Shown here: piece after piece, positions 1-11,800 of the stretch
Numbering within the stretch: the stretch's first letter is position 1
How the letters are laid out: every line of letters begins with the position of its first letter
NCBI GenBank assembly: GCA_039621445.1
Contig: CP154954.1
Span: 19,764,642 to 19,828,641, forward strand
DNA length: 64,000 nucleotides
Source of the DNA: Euglena gracilis
Lineage: Eukaryota
Direction of reading: 5' to 3'
Position numbers and translations under genes: made by a program
Notes under the pieces: generated by a model
Told to the model about the DNA's origin: nothing
The model's input: only the letters and a program-made list of their open reading frames with translations
The model's database searches: none

Positions 1-2747
1 TTTTTGCGGTGCCCGTTTTTTGGACACAGTTTTGAACACAAAGTTAACAAACAATTAATCCAATAAAAAAATGAAAAGAGGGGAGTGACGGATTTTGAGC
101 ATCAAGTCAACAAATGATTAATTGAATAAAAATAAAATCATCAAAAAAACCTCTGCCCCTGGCGAACTTGGCCGAAAATGCTTAGGACCCCCCCTCCCAA
201 CATCCAGGGGGGGGGATGTGGGGGTTGTCACCAATTTTTACCAACCCCCGGGGGAACGATAACCCGATAAAAAAAAACGGTTTGACCAAAAACATGCAAA
301 AAGTGGGCATCCGACTAAGCACAAGCCTGATTGGCTGGACAGCAGCAAGGCCCCTGCTGCGTAGACGTCCCTGAGCTCTAGGAAGTTCACGATGTCGGGT
401 AATGTTGGAGGCTTTGTCCCGGCCGGCATGAGCGCATTCCAGCCGTCCTCCATGCCAAAGCCGATGGTGTCCCGTTTTCGTCGACTCCGGGACCTCGGGA
501 GACAATACAAAGCCAACTCCAGCCACAGCTGCTGTCACTTTATACCACCATGTGATCACCCATGAAGAAGTTTCGTATTTGCAGTTGTTTTCCTCGAACG
601 GTGGCTGTTGCAAATAGGGTGCCTTTCAAAGGGGTGCCTGGGCAAGCAAGTTACGTCTGTTTTCTTTTTTTGTCCGTTCGGTCCTCAAACGTCACAAAAA
701 ACACATCAATGAAAAGCACCCTGGGAAAGCTTCTAAATGAAGCGGCATCAAAACCAGCTCCTTGAAATAGGGCTTTTACAGAAGCCATACTTTCTGTCCC
801 CAGAAGAAGGGCACATGCAACTTAAAATACTGGTGTTTCCCTGTGAGAGCCATTGTTAAGGTGAGGTAATTTTCCTTCCATCGAGGAACACCATCAACTC
901 CCCGGCGTACCCAAAGTTCACCTGGTTTGGGCCAGTCAAGTTGTGTCCACCACCTTCCATAACGCTGAGTACATGTGCCAGTTTTCGCACAAGGTCCACA
1001 CTCGCTGAAGGCCACCCACCAGAATATCGGCTCAAGGGGCGTCCCACATTTGGACCTTTCAAATACTCCCACATTAGATGAACACATGTCTACAGGACAG
1101 TTCTTCCCAATGCGGCGTCACATGTTGCACGTTAGCATTGCGACGTAATTTACAATTGTAAGTTTCGCTTGTAACTTACGCGTAACTTACGGCGTAATTC
1201 ATTTTTTTAATTTCCGCCGTGTAATTTATGTTCTGCTTTTTTTCAGATAACGTGACCCCCCCTATTTGTCACCCCCCCCTAATAGTCGTCCCCCCCTTGG
1301 GGGGGCGACAATTAAGGGGGGGGTTACCGATGGACCCATGGAAATGTGGGGTAATTGAGTAACCCCCCCCTAATTGTCACCCCCCCTAATAGTCGCCAGG
1401 GGGGGTCAAAACCAGGGTTCGGCGTATTTTTCCGCTTCGAATAATTCGAATTTTTCGAGGTTGAATTATTCGAATTTTTCGTGAGGAAAATTTCCAAAAA
1501 TTCCACAGGGTGAAGCACTGCAACGGGGATATGTTTTTTTCCGCCGCCGGCCAAAGTCCTTCCAAGGATAACGGCATTTTCAAGGTACTCGAAGACAGAA
1601 AACACCGGCGAGAGGTAATTCAGATGCATTTTGCCTTCCGTCCGCGGAAAATCCCGTCGGTGACAAAAAAAAAGATTTTTTGTTGCAGAAGTCCCCTTTA
1701 GTCGGCAGAAACCCTCCCGATGAAATTAACAAAAAAACCAACCCCGTCCCCAGACAATCCCACCCCGTACCGGGGGTGGGGGGACTTAAAGCCGAAAAAA
1801 TTGGTTCCAAACCTGAAAACAGCCAGAAAAAATTTGGCAGGTTTTGTTTGCAAGATGATGGAAAAAGGGTGATTTTGAAATTTTTGAGGCAGGATTTTCA
1901 AAAAAGGGCCGGGAAAATTTGGCCCGTACGCCAACATTCTCTATATCTGGCCCAAAACTGGCCAGCATGTGGCCCAAAACTGGCCAGCCTGCCCAAAGGT
2001 GGCCAGCGCGTGTGGCCCAAAACTGGCCACCAATCTGAAATCTCAAAACGCTCCCGAGGGGGTGCCATATAGGGGGGGGGGTCACGTTATTTCGGACCAT
2101 TTCTCCCTTTTTTGTGTGCAAAGCACCTTTTTTTCCCATTTAAAAATTGGTTTATGTGTTGTTGTCATCTAATGTGAGAAAAAAACAAGTCAAAGGTCAC
2201 TGCAAAAAAATTCAAGGTTTTTTTTTTAACAGCCAAAGGGGGGACTATTTTTGGACCCGAAGGCAGCAACCCCGCTGAAAAAGTGCATTGACTTGGATGA
2301 ATTGCAAAAAAAGTGGCGGTGTACTTAATCGGTGCGGTCTCACCCCTCAAAGGAAAAAGCGGTGACCTTGTGGGTTTCGAACCCACGACCATAGGGGGTG
2401 TTCCCCCCGTGACGCCCCCCCCGTGACCCCCCCCCCCCCGTGACCCCCCCCGTGACCCGAACAAGGACCCTTTTCGGCGAAATTTTGTCGGGAGAAATAT
2501 TGGCTGGCGATGCCTAATTTGATAAAATTCTGGGGCAGATTCCTAATTTTGAGGTGTAAATTTTTCAAATTTGGGCTTGGTGATTCCTAATTTGAGTCAA
2601 AATCCTAATTTTAGGTGTGGGTATTCCTAGTTTGTGGAATTTTTCTCCAAAAATTCCGACTCGGTGATTCCTAATTTTGCCACCAAAAATGTGGTGTTCC
2701 CCCCATGTCCCCCCCCGCCCCCCGTGACCCCCCCGTGACCCCCATAC

Positions 2748-3186
2748 CATAGCTGGCGTTTTTTTTGTTTTTTTTAAAAAAAACGTTTTTTTTGTTTTTT
2801 ATTAAAAAAAACGGGCAAAAAAAACGGCAAAAAAAAACAAAGGGGAAAATGATGGTCCAAATTTTGCCTTTGATCGCAAGGGTGAACCAATCTTAGCTCA
2901 AATGACTTGAAAACCAATACTTTTGGCTGTCTTCAACAAGAATGGTCAAAATAGGGCATTTTTCTGCCATTTTGGCTTGAAACCATTCCAAACTAACTTG
3001 AAACATCCCAAGTTTGGTGTCTTTCTCTGCCTGAGGATGGGCAAAAAAAAGCTAAAATTAAAGGCAAAATTTTTTTTGCCCTGGACCCTCAATGGCGTTT
3101 TTTTTGTTTTTTTTTAAAAAAAAACATGTTTTTTTTCAAAAAAACGTGTTTTTTTTGACTTCGTTTTAAACGAAGTGCCAGCTATG
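2748..3186. mobile_element. hAT-like MITE
   Basis: TIR CATAGCTGGC / GCCAGCTATG; perfect TSD CCCCATAC. Confidence 0.85.
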
Positions 3187-4139
3187 CCCCATACCATCAT
3201 CAGACATGCTCCGCCATTATGTAAATGGTCTCTCTGTATGCATTTGTCATGGACTTTTATCAAAATTTCTTAAAGAATGTCATTTGGCCATTTTTTTGCC
3301 AAACAAGTGCTCTTGCAGTAAACTTCACCAGTGAAGTTAACTTCACCAGTGAAGTTAATTTCACTCAATTTACCTTAACCAAAATTTACTTACCCTCACC
3401 CCCTTCAAATTGCCCCCCCCCCTAAACGTGGCCAAAATTTTGGGCAAATTTTGGTTCATCCCCTCAAAGGGTTTACCCCTCATTTTCCTTCGACACCAAA
3501 GGTGACAAAGGCCAAAATTTGACCTCCCCTCCAAGTGCCCCCCCCCCCGGAGTGGCCATTTGGGTCCCACGATGCTTGGAGGGTGGCCACTTTGAGGGGG
3601 GGTGAGGGTAGTGAAATTAAGTAAGTTAAGCTAACTTCACTGAGGCAAATGAGGGGGAGGGTCCCCCCGGGGGGTTGGTACGCCGTGGCGAGGGGGTCCG
3701 AATAGGGGGGGGGGAGGGGGGGTAAAAGGCGTGGCGAGGGGGTCGGCGACCAGGGGGGGGGAGGGGTGTACCATGGTCGCCAACAAAATTTTCGTTCAAA
3801 AAATCGCGAAAATCGCTGGTGGCGTGGCGAGGGGGTCCGGCTAGGGGGGGGGGGGGGGGGGGGTAAATGGCGTGGCGAGGCCCTCGGAGAGGGGGGGGGG
3901 GGGGGGGCGGGCCAACCCCCCCCCGGGGGCGTGAGGACGGACGGACGGACGGACGGACGGACGGACGGATGGCTAGAGAAAATTCCTCTCATCTGGACGG
4001 ACGGCTGGACAGGATTTTGGTCTGGACGGACGGACGGCTAGGTTGGTCTCAAAATCGCGAAACGTGGCTTTTCCTCCTACCTCCTACCCCGGGGGGAGCT
4101 GGCAAGGACGAGACGAACAAACAGAACAACAAAAAAAAG

Positions 4140-4211
4140 AGATCTTACCCGGGTTCGAACCGAGATTGTGGGAACCATAGTCCCAGGTGCTGACCACTGC
4201 ACTATAAGACC
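4140..4211 (-). tRNA. tRNA gene or pseudogene: tRNA-Gln-like body with ATG anticodon
   Basis: Minus strand reads GGTCTTA TA GTGC AGTGGTCA GCAC C TGGGA CTATGGT TCCCA CAAT CTCGG TTCGAAC CCGGG TAAGATC T. All four stems pair, A and B boxes are present, and a T-run (Pol III terminator-like) follows. Confidence 0.75.
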
Positions 4212-7200
4212 GACGGATGAAACTGAAAATAAGAGCTATGTAAAAAGTGCCGAGCCTTTCCTTTTTTTTTTATACATCACATCAATCTGGTGAGGTATTT
4301 TTTTTTCAGGACAATTAGATGTGCGGTGGTGGGGCGAACCGAATCCACCCACCAGTGGCACAGCCTTTTGTCCTTTGGTACCGCCTTGAATTTTAAGTTC
4401 GCGGACACCAAATTAGGATCAAATTTAATGCCATTTCATTGCCAACGAAATTATGCTTTCCATCCAGATCAAAGTTCAACCAACCAGACGGTTCATATTG
4501 GGCGAATTTGAAGACTTTGGGATTTTGCTGTCTGGACCAGATTTATGATGACAACTTCACAGTTGAAGGTATGATCCCTTTCGCTTGTTCTGCTGAATTT
4601 CTCATTTTTTCCAGTGAAAGTCGGCTGTGTTGACCCTTTCCACTGTTTGTCCGTGAAAATAAATTTAAATGAAGAATTTGTGGCTGTTGCATCAACTGTT
4701 GGCATGCATCTGTGGCATCACATGGTTTTTCAATGCAACCTTCTGTCAAAACCGGTTCATGTTTTTGTGCTTTTTGGGAATTTTTTGCACCATCATTCGT
4801 GGCCAACATCCTACATCACAGTTATCACAATTGACACACATTGACTGTGTGCATTGTTGCAATTGCAATTGTGTGTTTGAATGCATTTTTCAGGTGAATT
4901 GACAGAAACCGAAGAACAGAGAAGCAGCTGGATTCTAATGACGGACAAGTAAGGCAGGTGAAAAAGTTGTTTGTAACTGCTGCACTGTAATTCTCTTGTA
5001 ACATGGCGCCTGTTTTTTTTTTTCTGCTGCATTGTTTGTGTTCTGCAAATGTGTGTCTGTGTTTTCATAATTTTTTCGGGCCAAAATCCCAACTTTTTTT
5101 CAAGGATCGTTTTTTCATCAACATCTTGCACATTTAATGCCTCACAATTCAACTTCGCATTTTCATCAAACGTTGGTTTCGAAACATCAGGTTGTTCTTT
5201 TTGTGTTTTTGTTTGTATTTTTTGGGGGTTTTCCCCCAGAAACAAAACCTTTTCCTTTTCAGGCTGGATTTCTTTAGGTTTTTTTTTGCAGGCCTTGGGC
5301 GCACGTTGGGTGAATGATCAAATCAGGCTTCCGCAAAAAATGTAACACACCACCCTTCGAGTTAGTGTTCTGCTGCTTTTTCCCGGTGGGGAACCCTGCG
5401 GGACTGGGGGGCGGACAGGACACACCACCAACGCCCCGCCGGCCCCTGTCCGCTTCCCCACTGCGGCCAAACGGCGGCGCAGAATTGTTCCGTCGTCCGA
5501 GATGAATACGTGTTAAATCGGCCTCCCCGGTACGCAAACGCCCATTCCTGCTCCAGCCATGAGTTCGTGCGGCGTACACATTGTTTGGTCTGGATGGCCG
5601 GGCGGCCAGCGACAATGGCTTTCATCTGGACGGACGGCTGGACAGCCGGCATGTTGGTCGGCTAGGTTGGTCTTCCAGCCGGCCAGGTTGGTCTGCCAGC
5701 CGGCTAGGTTGGTCCGGCCAAACGCCCCCCCCGGTGAACTTCACCAGAGTTTCAAACAGTGAACTTCATGGGGGGGTCAAAATGAAAGGAATGACTGAGT
5801 AAGGAAAGAGGGGTCCAGGGGTGTGTTACTTTTTTCAAATTTCATAACTTTCACAAATTTCAAAAATTACCGTAAGTTACGGTAAGTTACGGGTGTGTAA
5901 TTTATATATAATAAATTACGCAAAATTTGCAATGCTATTGTACGTCCGGATATGTCACAGTACCTTCGTTCAAAACACATGTCGATTTGTGTTTTTCTTC
6001 TTCACATCGTCCACATACGGCTTGCGTTTGGTGTCAACAAGGACAATACGCCCTGGGGTGTACTCAGCCAGCCCCCCAAACACCACCAAAAGTTTGATTA
6101 ACAGAAGCCAGCCTTCTCTTTTCAGCCTTCTCCACTCAGTCACACAACTAAATCCTGTCTTCTTGCTTCTTCGTGCCATGGTGAAAAACTGAATGTCTTG
6201 CGCAGAATGTTTCACGTCCGAAATAAGGAAGTCCTTCAAAGCACGAAAGGGAAGAAGAACCAGGAAAAAAAAGTGGCCACAGAAAGTGCAGAATAGCAGC
6301 AGTATACGGCTAAAAATTCAAATTGCCAAACAAAGCTGGCATTCAAAAAAAAAGTTTTTCTTTCTTTTTTTTTTTGGTGTTTTTTGCCAAAAAAGAACGC
6401 CAATGGAGGTTTGGCAAAAACATTTGAACATTTTTCCCTCCCTCCCACATAAGTTTTCTGATGCCTGGTCGTCCCGAAGAAGTTGTGTGGAGATATTTCT
6501 CAAGTCCAAGAAGACTTACTATGGGGGGTCGGCACCCCCCCCCCCCACCGACAGGGCCAAACGGTAGACTGGGGGGGGGGGTAGTGGGTAGTCGGCCGAC
6601 TAGTCGGCGGACCAATTGGGTAGTCGGCCGACTACCCACTCTAATGTGCTAACGGGTCAAAACCGCCGACTTTTAAGCCCCTCAACACCAGTCAAAACCC
6701 ACCCAAATGGCTCCAGAACCCCCCAATCGGGGGTGAATATGCAAAAATCGGGGAAAATGTCCATTTTGGGCCACTTTTGACAAAAGTACAGCTCTCCCCA
6801 TTGAATTTTCAATATAAGTCAAAATTTGCACACACAAAAAAGTCTTATCCCTCCAAGTCTATTGCCAACATAGAAGGGATTTTGTTATTTGAGGGGGGGG
6901 TGCGGGGGGCGGAGCCCCCCCCCCCCGCCTATGCCAAAGTGAGCCACAAAAACGACTTAGCCCCCGAGTATGTTGCCAACACAGAAGGGATTTTGTTATT
7001 TGAGGCTCGGATTGGGGTGGAGGGGGGAGTTTTCTGCCTCTCGTGATGCAGAATGCTTGCATTTCTAAAGGATTTTCATGTAATCCCTTTTTCATCTTTG
7101 GTTTTTTACCCTCTGGACCCCCATCAAGGGCCCACCGACCCCCCACTGACCAAAGATTTCCATCTGAGGGTGTTTATTTAGGCGTAAGACACTTATTTGG

Positions 7201-8326
7201 ACCCATCCGGACCATTTCCGGGTGATTTTGGCCCGCCACAGACCATTTTTATGATCGCCGACTAGCCACCGACTAGTTTGCATTGGATTTTCTTCAGGGG
7301 GGGGCTTAAAAGTCGGCGGTTTTGACCCGTTAGTACATTAGAGTGGGCAGTCGGCCGACTAGTCGGCCGACTACCCACTACCCCCCCCCCCCATGTCTCG
7401 CCGACTGGCTACCGACTAGGCCTAGTCGGCGGACCAATTGGGTAGTCGGCCGACTAGTCGGCCGACTACCCACTACCCCCCCCCCCCAGTCTACCGCCTT
7501 GCGCCCTCACCGACCCCCTTTACCCCCCCTCCCCCCGCCATGTCAGGCCCACTAGAGAAATTTTTCTTGGCAGACCCCCGCGCACCCCCCCCCTCCGGGA
7601 CCCCCTCGCCACGCCAACCCCCCCCTAGCCGGACCCCTAGCCACGGCGTGCCAACCCCCCTATGTTGGCACTTGCAAAGGATGCAACCAAGTTGTGTCTG
7701 CCCTTGCATAAAAAAATGTCCAAACCCTGCCTTTGCTGTTCCTTTGGGGCTGAAGGGGGGCATTTTCAACCGTTTCGGAGCCTTTTGCAACTCCGGGAAA
7801 ATTCAGGGGGGGAAATTTTTTGGGGGGGGACAATTTACACCCAGGGACCGTATCATACCCAAGCGACGGTGAAAATGAGTAGCCGTTGCTTTTTGCTGCC
7901 CTTCAACCCAAAGCCATCACTCTGAGTGGTCTTAAGGGCTTCTTTGCTTGCCTTGCATGCTCCCATTCCTAAAAATAGTTTGCGCCAAAGGACGTTGGGG
8001 TGTTTTGGGCTCATGCGCGGGAAACATTTGGAAATGTCAAGAAAAAATTCGGTTTTCAAAAAAAAACTTTTTGGGTGTTTTTTTTCTTCTTCAAAAAAAC
8101 ACGTTTTTTTTGCCAGCTCTGTTGCCAAAAATGAGTGGCAAAAAAGCCGAAAAGCCAAAAGTGAACGGCATAATCGCCGAAAAGCCGAAAAGCAACGGCT
8201 AAAAAGCCGAAAATCCACAAAAAATGTGTCGAAAAGCCGAAAAGCCGAAATGAAACACTCATGGGCGGGAACAGCCCAGTCGGTATTCTGAACCAGTGTT
8301 ATCAGGGAGAGGGGGGGCAGTGCCAC

Positions 8327-8997
8327 CAAGGTTGACGGCTTTTTTTTTAAACAAAAAAAACATGTTTTTTTAAAAAAAAATATGTTTTTCTCCAAAAAAA
8401 ACGTCATGGAGGGTTTGGGGTAAAAATTTTTTGCAATGTTTTTTTGGGGAAAAAGTTCATTTTTTATCTCTGCAGCATTCTTTTTTTGTGTTTTTTTTTG
8501 GGTTGAAAGCATGATTTTTTGCACCAGAAAACACAGATTTGGAAATATTTTCACACATAAAAAAAACCTCAGAGGGGGTATTCCCCCCGTGACCCCCCCC
8601 CTCCCGACCCGACCTAAGACCCTTTTCGGCCAATTTTTTTCTGAAAAAACTTGGCCGGTGATGCCTAATTTGACAAAATATTCATGTAGATTCATAATTT
8701 TGAGGCATAAATTTTGCAAAATTTGGAATGGTGATGCCTAATTTGGGGTCAAAATACTAATTTTAGGTTGGGGGATTCCTAATTGGGAGCCTAAACAGGA
8801 TTTTCCCCAAAAAATTAGTTTTCGGTGATTCCTAAGTTAGCCACCGAAAATGTGGTGTTCCCCCGTGACCCCCCGTGACCCGACCCACCCCCGAAAAATT
8901 TTCCTCAAAAAATGGCCATTTCGCAAGGAAAAAGGTCAATTTTTGCTTTTTCAAAGAAAACATGTTTTTTTTAAAAATCAAAAAAACGTCAACCCTG
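8327..8997. mobile_element. hAT-like MITE (inverted relative of 14682-15840)
   Basis: TIR CAAGGTTGACG / CGTCAACCCTG; TSD AGTGCCAC / AGCGCCAC. Confidence 0.85.
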
Positions 8998-9009
8998 AGC
9001 GCCACATCT

Positions 9010-11800
9010 CTAGGCACCCTGTGTGCATACCCAACAGCGGGGTCCAGCAGGTAGCTGCTCCTGCTGGCTGCTGGCTGCTGCCCACGGGCGGAAGAAGAGG
9101 GGGTCCTGCATTTCGGCAGCGGCGGCAACTTGCCGCGCCTGCTTTGCTGGTAGGTCACCTTGTAGCACCTCCAAACTGCCGCGTAACACACACACCCAGA
9201 GCCCCTTCTGGTTGTGAGGCGGTTTTGATTTATATAAAAAAACGTGCACCAAAAAAAACCCTGATTTGTATGTACTTGTGGATGGCGAACCCGGTGGTTG
9301 TCTGCGGGGATTCCAGACTATGGAGGAAGGCCGACACGTGTCCCAGGGTCTGCGTCATCCATCCAAACCCCGGGAGCCCAAATACAGCCCATCTGACGAC
9401 AACACGGCTGCAACTCAGGAATACACATTAAGGTCAAACGTCTAAGGCAACCAACATGCACCTGAATTGCAACCCTGTGCGGAAGTCGTCATTGGTCCAA
9501 GACTCTCTGCGTAACTTCAGCATCGTCAGGCCCACGCTGGCCAAGGGACACACGAGAACCACGCCTCCTGAACTCGCCAGGCATTTTGGTTGCGGTTCAT
9601 GACCACTCCCACCCCTCCACCGCGCAGCTGGTCCCTGTTCGCTTTCATCAAGCAAAACTGCCTGGCCCACTCCGCAGAGTTGCCGATGAAGGACCTGAAC
9701 CAGGCTGGCGCTATTTCATTAAAGACACACACAATGTTAATGGTTGTTGTCCCCTTATTGTCCCACCGACCTCCCCCCGGGAGGCCCGACCGGACAATAA
9801 GGGGGGGGGGACAATGTGGGGGTACCAAAGGAATTTCATTGGCCGAGCCAAAAAAAAAAACCCCGTCGGCCGGGGCCGAGGAACAATAAGGGGGGGGACA
9901 ATAAAGGGGGGGGGTACTTTCGGCGGTGAAGTTCACCGGTGAACTTCACTGTTTTGATGGTTGGGGGTGTAATTTTCATGGGTGAAATTTTGCTCCTTTC
10001 CTCTCAAAATGGTCATTTTGAGGTTGATGCTTCATGGAATTTCATCGAAATTCCGAAAACTTGCCCAAAAATGTCATTTTGGTCATTTTTGGCCCAAAAG
10101 TGATCTCTTGGTGAACTTCACTGGTGAAGTTCACCAATGGGTTTGGCAGAGGGGTGGGGGAGGGGGTCCAGGACCCCCCAGTGAACTTTCAAACGGTGAA
10201 CTTCACCATAGGGGGGGGAGGCGGGGTCAAAATGACCAAAGTCTACTGCCTGATCTCCTTTGTGTGAGGTTGGTTCCCTTCAAACCCCAGACCACCAATT
10301 CCACAGACACCACCAATACACCCCCATTTGTGCACGCTTTAGCCGTGGACGGGAGCCGGTCAGCACCCGCCTGAACGTTTGCCCCGTTGTCCGCCAGGAC
10401 AGCCACGATTTTGGCACCAGTGCTGTTGGCAATCTCAGTTGCTGCCAAGAGTGCACAGGTACGCCACACCTGCAGAGGCAAAAGCAATGCCAAAGGTTTG
10501 ACTGCACCCCTGATCATGGCGGCTTGTATCCAGGCGTATACCCTCACCCCTGGGGGACTGACCAAATGGGACCCCCCCCCCATGGTGGCCGAGGGTCCTC
10601 GTCAGACGTGCCGAACCTCCAAATCGCGATGGAAGGTACCTCGGACAATTTCTCCAGCAGCCTGCCACGGGTTTTTGTGTACAACGCATCGGCCACATGC
10701 TACATTTCATAGGGGGTGTACCCCCCGCGACCCCCCCCCCCCGCGACCCACACATGGAGGGTTTCCGGATCCCAGTAGGAGCCAAAAAAAGCACTTAATT
10801 AGGAATTGGCACCCAAATTAGGAATCAAAATTGCCAAAAATGTGTGATAAATTCCTAATCGGATCTATTTTTGGATCCAAAAGTTCTGAAAATAGGTCAC
10901 ATCTGACGTTGTATGTCAGGTCACACTGGTGGCTCCCGGATCTGGCCTGGGGGGGGGGTAGTGGGGGTCGACCATGGTCGCTCTCGGTCGCTATGGGTGA
11001 TTCCTACTGAGTTTTTTTCCCACCTTTTTTGCCATGTAGCAGCGTAGGCAACTGTTCCAGGGCCCTAAAATAACAAAATCCCTTGTGTGTGTAACACCTT
11101 TTGCTTGTATGTTGCGCAAATTTTGCATGTAGCGCACATTTTGACATCGACCCCCCCCCCACGACCGAGGGCGACCGAGAGCGACCATGGTCGACCCCCA
11201 CTACCCCCCCCCAGGATAAATCTACCCCCCCACACTAGTCACACGTGACCCGTCAAAACTGCCACATTCCCCCGCGACCCCCCCCCCCGCGACCCCCCGC
11301 GACCCCCCCCCGCGACTCATACACCCCCATAGGACGAATCCACGTCGAAGACATTTCCATGGGCTGGGGCCATGGGAATCTGCACTGCCATTTGAAATGA
11401 TAAGCCTTCAGCTGGCGCTCCAATGTGTGGCGGGACGGTGCTACAAAATCTGCTCTGAGCGCCTTCACAAACACCTTCCACTGCGGCGTGTCGGGACACA
11501 TTTCCATTTGCCCGCAAGCTTTGGGAGAAAGGGAAACGTGACTGAGGCTGTTGAACAGAATGCCGCTGCTCGCCTGCCGCACTGACAACAACTCCTCCGC
11601 CCGCACCTGCATGTGGCTGGGGAACCTTCGGTACCCAAGGTTCCTTCATCGCTGGCCCGGAGCAGGAGGCAAATATGACATGACCTCCCATCTTGCTTGT
11701 ATTTTTAGAACACCTCCAAACGATGTCTTTATGGCGACCAGGCACCACGAAATGTCTGTTAGTGAGAGTGAGAAAGTAGACACCTTTCTTCCTCTTGGAA
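9010..11800 (-). pseudogene. Decayed hAT-family transposase, fragmented by MITE insertions
   Basis: Ordered minus-strand peptide fragments: BED-finger-like CSKNTSKMGGH (~11700), DTPQWKVFVKALRADFVAPSRHTL (~11420-11495), DALYTKTRGRLLEKLSEVPSIAI (~10620-10690), IVAVLADNGANVQAG (~10365-10410), LGHVSAFLHSLES (~9310-9345), SYLLDP (~9040-9060). Frameshifts and stops are present. Confidence 0.65.

Larger units (their letters stand above)
1133..5937. mobile_element. hAT-like TIR element expanded by nested insertions
   Basis: TIR TAGCATTGC / GCAATGCTA, inverted subterminal GTAACTTAC repeats, TSD TTGCACGT (1125-1132) / TTGTACGT (5938-5945). Confidence 0.7.

Noticed and set aside
238-1087. Minus-strand protein-like fragments, possibly continuing at 5946-6500
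   Set aside because: Interrupted by stops in all frames and no family recognised; left uncalled.
1081-5983. 10-bp direct repeat AACACATGTC as a TSD
   Set aside because: Not adjacent to inverted repeats; the real ends appear to be 1133 and 5937 with an 8-bp TSD.
7853-8719. 288-aa K/F-rich ORF
   Set aside because: Built from homopolymer-rich MITE sequence that recurs inverted at ~15200-15840.
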